A stretch of 64,000 nt of DNA, from positions 18,903 to 82,902 of the forward strand of contig JANOFO010000011.1 in NCBI GenBank assembly GCA_031413715.1. Reading direction: 5' to 3'. The translations under genes and the position numbers were made by a program. A model generated the notes under the pieces. The model did not search any database, was not told the origin of the DNA, and saw only the letters and a list, made by a program, of their open reading frames with translations. The DNA is from Minisyncoccota bacterium (GTDB taxonomy: Bacteria; Patescibacteriota; Minisyncoccia; Phycocordibacterales; UBA9973). Positions 1-8,275 of the stretch are shown here, one piece after another (position 1 is the first letter of the stretch; every line of letters starts with the position of its first letter).

Positions 1-493
1 TATAGCGGAATCCTTTGCCCTTGTATGGTTCTGGCTTTTTCATAGAACGGATTGATGCAGCAAAAGAACCTACGAGTTCCTTATCGATGCCTGAAATTGT
101 GATGTTGTTCTTCTCGGCTTTTACTTCTATACCTTCTGGGATAGTTACTTTCACTGGATGAGAGAAGCCAAGAGCAAGATTAAGGATCTTGCCAGCTACA
201 TCAGATTTAAATCCAACACCTTCTAATATTAGATTCTTTGTATAGCCAGTGTTCACACCGTCTACCATGTTTTTGACATGAGAAGCATATGCACCCCAGA
301 GAGCGTTCACTGTACGATCGCCTTCTTTGTTTGGAGTAAATGTTATTTCATTGTTGTTTATATGTATTGTGACATGGCCTGGGAAATCGCGGGTAAGTGT
401 TCCCTTTGGTCCTTTCGCAGAGAAAACTGTACCAGAGAGCTTGACCTCTGTACCGCTTGGAACTATTACTGTTTGTTTTCCTATACGTGACAT
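1..493 (-). CDS. rplF: 50S ribosomal protein L6, 5' portion (runs off window start)
   Basis: Minus-strand ATG at 491-493 gives MSRIGKQTVIVPSGTEV..., a canonical L6 N-terminus; sits downstream of rpsH in spc-operon order. Confidence 0.85.
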   Translation of the reverse strand, partial: MSRIGKQTVIVPSGTEVKLSGTVFSAKGPKGTLTRDFPGHVTIHINNNEITFTPNKEGDRTVNALWGAYASHVKNMVDGVNTGYTKNLILEGVGFKSDVAGKILNLALGFSHPVKVTIPEGIEVKAEKNNITISGIDKELVGSFAASIRSMKKPEPYKGKGFRY

Positions 494-517
494 ATATTTA
501 TTTCTTTATTTATCTTG

Positions 518-904
518 TTACCAAAGTTTGAATAACACTTCACCGCCGACCATTTCTTTGCGGGCTTGTTTGTCAGTTAGAATTCCTTTTGGTGTTGTAA
601 GAACAGTAAGTCCGAAACCGCTTCGAGTCGGCTTGATCTCCTTTACCCCTTTGTACACACGGCGAGAAGATTTGGATACGCGCTCAACTCCTGTAACTTT
701 AGGAGCTCCATCTACATATACGAGGCCGAGCTCAAGCGTAGGGAAACCTTTTTTTGTTTTCTTGGATACGGATTTAAGGAAACCTTCGCGTGCGAGACAT
801 TCTGCGATAGATTCTTTGATTTTTGAATACGGCACGGTAATAAACTCGTGCTCTCTTAGGCTTGCGTTCTTGATCATATTCATCATGTTTGCGATTTGAT
901 CCAT
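518..904 (-). CDS. rpsH: 30S ribosomal protein S8
   Basis: 128 aa; MDQIANMMNMIKNA...VPYSKIKESIAECLAREGF is typical S8; operon position. Confidence 0.9.
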   Translation of the reverse strand: MDQIANMMNMIKNASLREHEFITVPYSKIKESIAECLAREGFLKSVSKKTKKGFPTLELGLVYVDGAPKVTGVERVSKSSRRVYKGVKEIKPTRSGFGLTVLTTPKGILTDKQARKEMVGGEVLFKLW

Positions 905-913
905 ATAATTTGA

Positions 914-1099
914 TTACCAGCTTGATTTGCGAACACCAGGAAGCATGCCGTCGTTAGCGAGCTCGCGGAAGCAGATACGGCAAAGACCGAAGTCTCTCAT
1001 ATACGCATGGCCGCGACCGCAACGAAAACATCGATTTGTCTCTCGTGTTGAAAATTTGGACTTTTTACGATGTCGCGCTAAAACTGATGTTTTTGCCAT
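914..1099 (-). CDS. rpsZ: 30S ribosomal protein S14, zinc-binding type Z
   Basis: 61 aa; [25 protein letters not shown] zinc motif. Confidence 0.9.
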   Translation of the reverse strand: MAKTSVLARHRKKSKFSTRETNRCFRCGRGHAYMRDFGLCRICFRELANDGMLPGVRKSSW

Positions 1100-1202
1100 A
1101 AATAAAAATAAACGTTCTTAATCGAGCGATATCGTGTGTTATTTCTTAAAGCCTTTTGACCTTAAGGAGAAACACAGATCCTCTCAATACCGAACTCCCC
1201 CT

Positions 1203-1232
1203 ATACTATCAGATGCTAGTGTGAGTGTCAAA
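1203..1232 (-). promoter_or_regulatory. Sigma70-like promoter candidate (TTGACA-N17-TGaTAGTAT) upstream of rpsZ
   Basis: Minus strand reads TTGACActcacactagcatctgaTAGTAT; same -35/-10 pattern recurs upstream of rpsS, tuf, rpsO and nusA. Confidence 0.5.
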
Positions 1233-1400
1233 TGGTAAAGGGATTACTTTTTACAGTAATCCCTTGTCCGGCAAAAGTTTAACTTTTCAGCCGCTTATTA
1301 TTGTTATGGCATTCCTCTATAAATGGAATTATCTATAGAGTCTAAGTCGCCTTATCTCCTTGGAGACTATTTAACTATATTAGGGACTTAATGTCAAGCA

Positions 1401-1422
1401 AAAATCCCCTTTCGGGGATTTT
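1401..1422 (-). terminator. Stem-loop (aaaatcccc-tttc-ggggatttt) immediately after the rplE stop
   Basis: Perfect 9-bp stem in a 330-bp non-coding gap inside the ribosomal cluster; a second hairpin lies at 1238-1265. Confidence 0.45.
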
Positions 1423-1432
1423 ATGGGAAGTC

Positions 1433-1972
1433 TTATTTCTTAAACGGAATTCCGATGAGTTCGAAGAATTCTGTCGCTTCTGGTTTAGTCTTTGCAGTTG
1501 TTACGATCGTAACTGCGAGGCCGAAGAGGTCTTTGATATCTTCATCCCCTGTTTCTGGGAAGATCGTGTGCTCTTTGATGCTCATAGTGAGGTTGCCGAT
1601 ATTATCCACTATTTTTCGTTCAATACCGCGGAAGTCTTTGGTGCGAGGAATAGCTACATTGATAAGTTTGTCGAGGAATCCATACATGCGCGCACCGCGG
1701 AGTGTGACGAGGACGCCAATCGGATCACCAAGACGAACCTTAAAAGATGCGATGGATTTCTTGGCACCGCGAGTCGCAGGCTTCTGGCCAGTAATTTTTG
1801 CCAAGCGCTCCATGATGAACTTGTTGCGATCTTTATCGCGCTTGATCCCTGAGCCTGTTCCAGATGCGACTACTACTTTTACCAAGTGAGGCGCAGCCAT
1901 AGAACCCTTGTAGTGGTGAGCTGCTTTCATCTTGGTATATGCTTTCTTTTCTTTTTGTTTGACTGTTTCCAT
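1433..1972 (-). CDS. rplE: 50S ribosomal protein L5
   Basis: 179 aa; L5-like sequence (…RLGDPIGVLVTLRG…); position between rplX and rpsZ. Confidence 0.9.
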   Translation of the reverse strand: METVKQKEKKAYTKMKAAHHYKGSMAAPHLVKVVVASGTGSGIKRDKDRNKFIMERLAKITGQKPATRGAKKSIASFKVRLGDPIGVLVTLRGARMYGFLDKLINVAIPRTKDFRGIERKIVDNIGNLTMSIKEHTIFPETGDEDIKDLFGLAVTIVTTAKTKPEATEFFELIGIPFKK

Positions 1973-1977
1973 AAAAT

Positions 1978-2196
1978 TTAATTATTCTTCTTGACATTTG
2001 ATACATGGATCGGCATCGCAAGTTCAAGAATCTGGCTTGCTTCTCCGCGCTTCACCGCCTTGCGAGACTTCTTGTGGACATTGACGCCTTCAACAACTAC
2101 CTTGTTTTCACTTGGAATTGCTCGCATGACTTTGCCTTTCTTGCCTTTGTTTGCTCCGGCTATTATTATAACGTTATCACCTTTTTTAATCTTCAT
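1978..2196 (-). CDS. rplX: 50S ribosomal protein L24
   Basis: 72 aa; MKIKKGDNVIIIAGANKGKKGKV KOW motif. Confidence 0.9.
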   Translation of the reverse strand: MKIKKGDNVIIIAGANKGKKGKVMRAIPSENKVVVEGVNVHKKSRKAVKRGEASQILELAMPIHVSNVKKNN

Positions 2197-2271
2197 AAAT
2201 ATTGTTTATATTAATTTCTTTTCATTGCCTGCCCCGTAGCGAGCTTTGCTCTGCTGTGGGGTCTCCGTTAT

Positions 2272-2643
2272 CTATATCACCTCTTGGGCGAGGGATATAA
2301 TCTTCTGATAGCCTTTCTCTGCAAGCTCGCGAGGAATCGGTCCGAAGACGCGACCACCTTTTGGATCCTGCTTGTCTTTTTCAAGTATCACAACAGCATT
2401 ATCATCAAAACGAATGTATGAGCCATCTTTACGGCGCAATGCTGAAACAGTACGTACTACAACAGCTTGATGGACATCCTTTTTCTTCACGCCTTTGCGA
2501 GGCTCGGCAATCTTGACTGAAATGATGACCTTATCACCAATACCAGCATAGCGACGCTTTGATGAGCCAAGTACTTTGAAAACTTTGCCCACTTTACCGC
2601 CGGCGTTGTCTGTGATATTTACTACTGTTCCATCTTGTATCAT
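2272..2643 (-). CDS. rplN: 50S ribosomal protein L14
   Basis: 123 aa; MIQDGTVVNITDNAGGK... canonical L14. Confidence 0.9.
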   Translation of the reverse strand: MIQDGTVVNITDNAGGKVGKVFKVLGSSKRRYAGIGDKVIISVKIAEPRKGVKKKDVHQAVVVRTVSALRRKDGSYIRFDDNAVVILEKDKQDPKGGRVFGPIPRELAEKGYQKIISLAQEVI

Positions 2644-2665
2644 ATAATTTTTATGTAAGCATTAA

Positions 2666-2908
2666 CTACAGCACTTTGAACTTCTTATCTTTTGATATTG
2701 GGCGAGTCTCTTCTATCTCAACGTTGTCACCAATCTTCTTCTCGTTGTTTTCATCATGAGCTTTATATTTCTTGGTCTTCTTTATGCGCTTGCCGTATTT
2801 CGAGTGCTCCACAAAGCGTGTGACTTTCACCACAACTGTCTTGTCCATCTTGTCTGATGTCACTATACCTTTCAATATTTTCTTTGGTTTTGAAATTTTT
2901 GCTTCCAT
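2666..2908 (-). CDS. rpsQ: 30S ribosomal protein S17
   Basis: Start at internal ATG (2906-2908): [29 protein letters not shown]; the longer N-terminal extension of the ORF track would overlap rplP. Confidence 0.85.
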   Translation of the reverse strand: MEAKISKPKKILKGIVTSDKMDKTVVVKVTRFVEHSKYGKRIKKTKKYKAHDENNEKKIGDNVEIEETRPISKDKKFKVL

Positions 2909-2912
2909 ATAA

Positions 2913-3329
2913 TTATCGTGCAACGACACGTGTTGTAACTGGCAATTTTGTACCGGCTTTGCGAAGGGCTTCTTTGGCAACAGCCTCCGTAACGCCATCG
3001 ACTTCAAAAATCACTCGGCCTGGGCGAATATCTAGACAGTACCCCTGAGGATCACCCTTACCCTTTCCCATTCCTACTTCTGCAGGCTTTGCGGTAAATG
3101 GTCTATCAGGGAATATTCTAATCCACATACGGCCAGTCTTGCCGATAGTTCGGGAAGTAACCTTGCGAGCTGATTCTATCTGATTTGATCGGATGCGTCC
3201 ACCAGCTGTAGCTTTTAGTCCGTATGAACCGAAGGCAACAGTAATACCGCGGGTATCAGGAGTGACCTTAGTCATGTCTGTACGACCGGTCTGCCACTTT
3301 CTAAATTTTACTTTTTTGGGTAGTAACAT
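2913..3329 (-). CDS. rplP: 50S ribosomal protein L16
   Basis: 138 aa; [16 protein letters not shown]... canonical L16. Confidence 0.9.
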   Translation of the reverse strand: MLLPKKVKFRKWQTGRTDMTKVTPDTRGITVAFGSYGLKATAGGRIRSNQIESARKVTSRTIGKTGRMWIRIFPDRPFTAKPAEVGMGKGKGDPQGYCLDIRPGRVIFEVDGVTEAVAKEALRKAGTKLPVTTRVVAR

Positions 3330-3337
3330 AAAATATT

Positions 3338-4018
3338 TTAACTATTGTTTCTTGAATTATTCTTTACATCATTGAAAACCTCACCTCGGTATATCCATAC
3401 CTTGATACCAATATCGCCGTAACTCATGTGTGCTTTCTCACGGGCAAAGTCTACATCGGCACGGAATGTCTGAAGTGGGATTGATCCGCGCTTGATCTGC
3501 TCGGAGCGTGCGATTTCGGATCCTGCAAGGCGTCCTCCTACATATATACGAGCTCCTTTTACTCCACGAGCAGCCATAATTTTCTCAATAGCTTGCTTGA
3601 TAACACGGCGATATGGAAGACGCTTCTCAAGGCCTTCAGCGATAGCGCAGCCTACGATAGCTGCATCAGCATCAGGGTTAGATACTTCTACGATATCAAA
3701 TTTAAAGTCTTCAGGGATTGCTACGTCTTTCTTTTTCATTGCAGCTACGAGGTCAGCTTTTAGTTTTGCTGCACCTTCACCAGAGCGTCCAATTATCATA
3801 CCCGGTCGTGATGTATGAACCATAATTTTAGTTGCTTTTACATTGCGTTCAATCTCTATGCGAGACACATAGAAACCACGGAGTTTCTTCATAAGGAATT
3901 CACGAATAACAACATCGCTCGCAAGAAGAGTTTTGTATTTCTTATCAGCAAACCAGCGTGACTTCCAGTCACGGATGATTACGAGTCTATGTGCGTATGG
4001 GTGTACTACTTTTGACAT
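3338..4018 (-). CDS. rpsC: 30S ribosomal protein S3
   Basis: 226 aa; KH-domain S3 sequence. Confidence 0.9.
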   Translation of the reverse strand: MSKVVHPYAHRLVIIRDWKSRWFADKKYKTLLASDVVIREFLMKKLRGFYVSRIEIERNVKATKIMVHTSRPGMIIGRSGEGAAKLKADLVAAMKKKDVAIPEDFKFDIVEVSNPDADAAIVGCAIAEGLEKRLPYRRVIKQAIEKIMAARGVKGARIYVGGRLAGSEIARSEQIKRGSIPLQTFRADVDFAREKAHMSYGDIGIKVWIYRGEVFNDVKNNSRNNS

Positions 4019-4031
4019 AATATAATAGAGA

Positions 4032-4460
4032 TTAGCTTTTAGCGGATAGCTTCTTAGGGGTCGACTTTTTTATTTTAGATGCTAGTGTCTTTTTTTCTGC
4101 TTTCTGTATGTTGGTTGCTTTGGTTTTCTGGTCAGGTGTTTTCTCTATAAGGGTAAGCATGACATGGCTGGTGCGCTTGTTGATTCGTGATGCACTACCG
4201 CGGGCGCGGGGCATGGAACGCTTCATAACAATTCCTTTATCTACAGTAAAAGTTGAAATATAAAGATTTTCTTCAGATATGCCTGCTTGTTTTGCATTTG
4301 CTACTGCAGAAGAAAGAAGTTTCTTCATTGGCTCTGTCGCACGCTTTGGAAGCGCGCTCAAATGAACAAAAGCCTCAGCAACCCTTTTGCCTTTGAGGAG
4401 TCCAGCTACAAGGCGAACCTTGCGTGGGGACTGTCTGTAGTTTTTTAAAAATGCTTTCAT
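4032..4460 (-). CDS. rplV: 50S ribosomal protein L22
   Basis: 142 aa L22-like with Lys-rich tail. Confidence 0.85.
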   Translation of the reverse strand: MKAFLKNYRQSPRKVRLVAGLLKGKRVAEAFVHLSALPKRATEPMKKLLSSAVANAKQAGISEENLYISTFTVDKGIVMKRSMPRARGSASRINKRTSHVMLTLIEKTPDQKTKATNIQKAEKKTLASKIKKSTPKKLSAKS

Positions 4461-4472
4461 TACTATTAAAAA

Positions 4473-4817
4473 TTATTTCTTCTTGGTATCAGTGGCTGCT
4501 TTAGCGGATTTTGCTGCAGATATTTCGGCTTCTTTCTTTTTTTCTTCTAGTTCCTTCTGCATTTTGCCTCCGTGTCTGATGAACTTGCGAGTGGGAGAGA
4601 ATTCGCCAAGTCGGTGACCCACCATGTCCTCGCTCACCAAGACTTCTATATGGGTCTTGCCGTTGTGAACTCCAAAGACGAAACCTACCATCTCAGGCGA
4701 GATTACACATGGTCGTGACCATGTTTTAATCATCCCTGTTTCAATCGGTTTCTTACCAGCTATCTTTTTGAGAAGCCGTTCATCTACATATGGTCCTTTC
4801 TTTAGTGATCTGGTCAT
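4473..4817 (-). CDS. rpsS: 30S ribosomal protein S19
   Basis: ATG at 4815-4817 gives [19 protein letters not shown], the canonical S19 N-terminus; the ORF-track start at 4838 is a GTG further upstream. Confidence 0.9.
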   Translation of the reverse strand: MTRSLKKGPYVDERLLKKIAGKKPIETGMIKTWSRPCVISPEMVGFVFGVHNGKTHIEVLVSEDMVGHRLGEFSPTRKFIRHGGKMQKELEEKKKEAEISAAKSAKAATDTKKK

Positions 4818-4855
4818 AGATAATATAAATAAGCTCACAAAGAGCTCGTTCGTCT

Positions 4856-4884
4856 ATACTAGCAAATAGAGAAATAAAGTCAAA
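4856..4884 (-). promoter_or_regulatory. Promoter candidate TTGACT-N16-TGcTAGTAT upstream of rpsS
   Basis: Minus strand TTGACTttatttctctatttgcTAGTAT; a near-identical 35-nt block sits upstream of tuf. Confidence 0.5.
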
Positions 4885-4907
4885 TAGAAGCTCTGCTTGA
4901 TTACAGA

Positions 4908-5366
4908 CTAATTTTTTAATGCAAAACTTTTTTGTAGATTTTCCAAGTCTTGAACATACTGTCTTCTCTTTTCTAGTAGTTTAGTTTTTTGTTGCTCAGT
5001 AAGTTCTCCTCCTCTGTTTTTTAGATTATTTATCTTATTTTTTAAAGAAAAGTAAATTTCTCGCGTCTCATTAATGTCGGTATCAGTTAATTCTTTCATG
5101 TTTTTTATAAAGTGCTCGATAACGACAAAAAGTTGGTTAATTGATACTTCTCTCACTTCATTTTGAAGCCCAATTTGTTCTTCATTTAAAGGTCTACTAT
5201 TAACTAACGCATCAATAAGATCTATTTCTCGTTTCAGGATTAAAATTTTTTCGTTTGAGTCATTTAATTTATCTATGAAGTCTCCTATCTGTTCTAAATT
5301 TTCTCCTTCTTTGAGGATATAGGTGTCTAGACCCTTTTTAACTTGAAAATAATTCTTTTCTTCCAT
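4908..5366 (-). CDS. Hypothetical coiled-coil protein inserted in the ribosomal cluster
   Basis: 152 aa, charged and heptad-rich, no recognizable motif. Confidence 0.6.
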   Translation of the reverse strand: MEEKNYFQVKKGLDTYILKEGENLEQIGDFIDKLNDSNEKILILKREIDLIDALVNSRPLNEEQIGLQNEVREVSINQLFVVIEHFIKNMKELTDTDINETREIYFSLKNKINNLKNRGGELTEQQKTKLLEKRRQYVQDLENLQKSFALKN

Positions 5367-5439
5367 AATGTTTTTATTTTACCATTTTTACATTAAAATC
5401 CAATTGAACATTATGCACTCATATTTTTTATTTCATCTA

Positions 5440-5841
5440 TTAATTAAATTTATAGAGCAGGAGTATTTTCGGCAGGAAAACTATAAGTCCTACGATGCCG
5501 GCCATGGCAGCAGTGATGAGAACTGCGCCTGCGGCGACATCTTTGGTATCGCGAGCATAGGGGTGATAGGTAGGGCTAGTGAGATTGATATCGATCTCGA
5601 TCGCGGTATTGATAGACTCAGCGAGGATCACAAATCCGATTGCAAATATGATGAGCACCCATTCAATGGATGAGATGTGGAGGATGAAGCCAAGATAGAT
5701 CGCAAGTAGTCCAAAGAATATATGGACCCAGGCATTGTGTGTATTTCGAATGAAGATACCAATCCCCCGCCAAGCATTTGTCGTACTTCTGAGTCGAGAG
5801 AGTATAGAGAACCGCTTTTTTTCGGATAGTCTTGTTGCCAT
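5440..5841 (-). CDS. dgkA: Diacylglycerol kinase / undecaprenol kinase family membrane protein
   Basis: Three TM segments; ...AESINTAIEIDINL... and DVAAGAVLITAAMAGIV match the prokaryotic DgkA core (E. coli NSAIE..., SAAVLIAIIVA). Confidence 0.75.
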   Translation of the reverse strand: MATRLSEKKRFSILSRLRSTTNAWRGIGIFIRNTHNAWVHIFFGLLAIYLGFILHISSIEWVLIIFAIGFVILAESINTAIEIDINLTSPTYHPYARDTKDVAAGAVLITAAMAGIVGLIVFLPKILLLYKFN

Positions 5842-5877
5842 AGTGATATTATACACCCCTCAGTCACGATGTGACAG

Positions 5878-5895
5878 CTCCCCTTCGCAGGGGAG
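5878..5895. repeat. GC-rich hairpin repeat CTCCCCTTCGCAGGGGAG
   Basis: Exact reverse complement of the copy at 6264-6283; the two copies bracket the DUF559 gene. Confidence 0.7.
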
Positions 5896-5901
5896 CAAAA
5901 T

Positions 5902-6249
5902 TCACTCAAGTTCTGATTTTATCTTCATAAGCACTCCTTCCATATTTTTATTCACTTCATTATTCCATAAACGAAGAACTTTTATCCCTACAGTCTGTAA
6001 ATAAAAATCTCTTTCTTGATCGTATTCTTTATTTTCTATATGTTGAGAGCCGTCTAATTCGATAATTAGATTTTTCTCTTTGCAATAAAAATCAGCTATA
6101 TACGGTCCAACACCTTGTTGACGTCTGAATTTAACACCAAAGTTTTTACCTTTTAAATAGAACCAGAGTTTATATTCCTCTGGTGTCATTTCTTTGCGCA
6201 ATCGTTTCCTTCGCTCAAGTAATTTTGAATAATTAAATATCTCATACAT
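5902..6249 (-). CDS. DUF559-type endonuclease-domain protein
   Basis: 115 aa; ...KGKNFGVKFRRQQGVGPYIADFYC...IIELDGSQH... typical DUF559 core. Confidence 0.75.
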   Translation of the reverse strand: MYEIFNYSKLLERRKRLRKEMTPEEYKLWFYLKGKNFGVKFRRQQGVGPYIADFYCKEKNLIIELDGSQHIENKEYDQERDFYLQTVGIKVLRLWNNEVNKNMEGVLMKIKSELE

Positions 6250-6263
6250 AGCATTTGTATTTT

Positions 6264-6283
6264 CCTCCCCTGCGAAGGGGAGG
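6264..6283. repeat. GC-rich hairpin repeat CCTCCCCTGCGAAGGGGAGG, inverted copy of 5878-5895
   Basis: Seen directly; a third related hairpin CTCCCCCTTCACAGGGGAG lies at 6342-6360. Confidence 0.7.
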
Positions 6284-6341
6284 TGCCTTTAGGCGGAGGG
6301 GTGAACCCTATTTAGTATACACCCCCTCGCCCTAGCGGGCA

Positions 6342-6360
6342 CTCCCCCTTCACAGGGGAG
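6342..6360. repeat. Third related GC-rich hairpin CTCCCCCTTCACAGGGGAG
   Basis: Same CTCCCC/GGGGAG stem as the two copies flanking the DUF559 gene. Confidence 0.6.
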
Positions 6361-6380
6361 AAGAATCCAAACCCAATACA

Positions 6381-6404
6381 AAAAATACCCTTTCGGGTAT
6401 TTTT
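6381..6404. terminator. Palindromic hairpin aaaaataccc-tttc-gggtattttt just downstream of rplB
   Basis: 10-bp stem with T/A-rich flanks on both strands. Confidence 0.5.
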
Positions 6405-6414
6405 GTTGTATATA

Positions 6415-7260
6415 TTATGCTTTTGCTTTACCGACTTTTCGGCGAGAGACGATCCACATGTTTGAGTATTTTTTCGGTGTACGAGTCTTCTGACCTTTTC
6501 CAGATGGCTTGCCCCACATAGTCTTTGCACGGCGTAGTCCTCTTCCTTGGCGGCCTTCACCTCCACCGTGCGGGTGATCAACTGGATTCATGGCTGTACC
6601 GCGAACAGTTGGGCGGATGCCCTTCCATCGTGAACGTCCTGCTTTACCAAAGTTCTGAAGTTTGTATTCTGAGTTTGAAACTTCACCGATAGATGCATAG
6701 CAGTTCTCGGAAATCTTTCTTACTTCTGTTGATGGCATCTTTATATTCGTGTATCCGTTATCATTTGCCACTACCTGAGCAAATGTTCCTGCTCCGCGCG
6801 CAAGCTTGGCACCATTGCCTGGTTTAATTTCTACATTGTAAACAAATGTACCGATAGGAATGAGTTTAAGCGGAAGACGGTTGCCAGTAGTTAGCGGAGC
6901 TTTTTCGCCAACAGTAAATGTGTCCCCTACTTTCATAGATTTTGGCACAATAACATAGCGTTTCTCACCATCAGCATAAACTACGAGAGAAATAAATGCA
7001 TTGCGGTTTGGATCGTATTCTATTGAAGAAATCTTGGCTGGAATATCGCGCTTGTTGTACATGAAATCTATATCGCGATAAAGACGCTTGTGTCCACCAC
7101 CTTTGTGGCGAGTTGTTATACGGCCTTGATTGTTGCGACCGACAGATCTCTTGAAGCCTTTTGTAAGCGATTTCTCTGGCTTGCTCGTAGTCAAAACATT
7201 GCGGTATGACACAGTCGTTTGATGTCTCTTTGATGGTGTTGTAGGTTTATATGTTTTCAT
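6415..7260 (-). CDS. rplB: 50S ribosomal protein L2
   Basis: 281 aa; ...GRNNQGRITTRHKGGGHKRLYR..., MNPVDHPHGGGEG canonical L2. Confidence 0.95.
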   Translation of the reverse strand: MKTYKPTTPSKRHQTTVSYRNVLTTSKPEKSLTKGFKRSVGRNNQGRITTRHKGGGHKRLYRDIDFMYNKRDIPAKISSIEYDPNRNAFISLVVYADGEKRYVIVPKSMKVGDTFTVGEKAPLTTGNRLPLKLIPIGTFVYNVEIKPGNGAKLARGAGTFAQVVANDNGYTNIKMPSTEVRKISENCYASIGEVSNSEYKLQNFGKAGRSRWKGIRPTVRGTAMNPVDHPHGGGEGRQGRGLRRAKTMWGKPSGKGQKTRTPKKYSNMWIVSRRKVGKAKA

Positions 7261-7261
7261 A

Positions 7262-7591
7262 TTATGTAAATGCTATTTTATCACCTTTTTTCAAGTGAAC
7301 CACTGCCTTTTTACCACCTTGCTTTACGCCCATAATGCCCCCACGCATAACAACCTTTTTTGTTATCTGAGTGATAGAAATTTTTACAGGTGAGACATTG
7401 TATATCATCTTTATAGCTTTCTTTATCTCATTCTTATTAGCAATAGGAGCTACGTTGAAAGTATAGATACCTTTATCAGCTTCTATCGCAGATTTCTCAG
7501 TAATACGAGAACCGAGAATAAGAGGGTGCGTTTTACCTTTCTTGCTGTCATTTTTTTCTTCTTTCTTTAGTTGTGTTTTTTCTTTGGCCAT
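7262..7591 (-). CDS. rplW: 50S ribosomal protein L23
   Basis: 109 aa L23-like with Lys-rich N-terminus. Confidence 0.85.
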   Translation of the reverse strand: MAKEKTQLKKEEKNDSKKGKTHPLILGSRITEKSAIEADKGIYTFNVAPIANKNEIKKAIKMIYNVSPVKISITQITKKVVMRGGIMGVKQGGKKAVVHLKKGDKIAFT

Positions 7592-7597
7592 AAATTA

Positions 7598-8266
7598 TTA
7601 TTTCTTTTCTGTCTTACCACGAAGGAATGCAATACTCTCTGTCGGCTGCGCAATTATCACGTAGCGATGATTGAGCAAATCCACCGGATTAATATTGCGA
7701 ACTTCATCAACTTCTATTGTTGGGATATTAGCAAAACTTTTCTTGACTGTGTCACCCTTGGCAGGAACTGTCAGATATGTATTGCGTTTCTTTCCGCCTG
7801 TTATCTTTTCAAAACCTGAAACAGTGCTCAAGTCCTTCAAGACTGCCACAGCATCTTTCGTTTTTATATTCTTGAGTGCGAGTTCTTCTACGAAAAGGAT
7901 TTGACCCTTACGAAGTTTCTCAGAAAGTACGGTATAAAGTGCTTGAACGCGCATCTTTTTGTTGATTTTCTGTTCATAGCTCTTGTCATTGCGAGGACCG
8001 TGAGTAATACCACCTCCTTTCCAGATTGGGGAGCGTGTAGATCCGTGACGAGCGCGGCCTGTACCCTTCTGGCGCCATGGCTTGCGTCCACCACCCCTGA
8101 CTTCACCTCTACTTTTTGTGTGTGCAACCGGTGTGCGGGCATTAGCCTGCATCGCAGTCACCACTTGGTGAACAAGGTCAGCATTCCACGGAAGACCGAA
8201 AATGTTTTCCGGTACATTGAGCTTGCCGACTGCTTTACCTTTTTGATTGTATACTTGTGTTTCCAT
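7598..8266 (-). CDS. rplD: 50S ribosomal protein L4
   Basis: 222 aa; RGGGRKPWRQKGTGRARHGS motif. Confidence 0.9.
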   Translation of the reverse strand: METQVYNQKGKAVGKLNVPENIFGLPWNADLVHQVVTAMQANARTPVAHTKSRGEVRGGGRKPWRQKGTGRARHGSTRSPIWKGGGITHGPRNDKSYEQKINKKMRVQALYTVLSEKLRKGQILFVEELALKNIKTKDAVAVLKDLSTVSGFEKITGGKKRNTYLTVPAKGDTVKKSFANIPTIEVDEVRNINPVDLLNHRYVIIAQPTESIAFLRGKTEKK

Positions 8267-8275
8267 ACTGTATTT

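Noticed and set aside
5368-5673. Plus-strand ORFs (5368-5673, 5735-6004) overlapping the dgkA and DUF559 genes
   Set aside because: Antisense to genes with clear family signatures; spurious.
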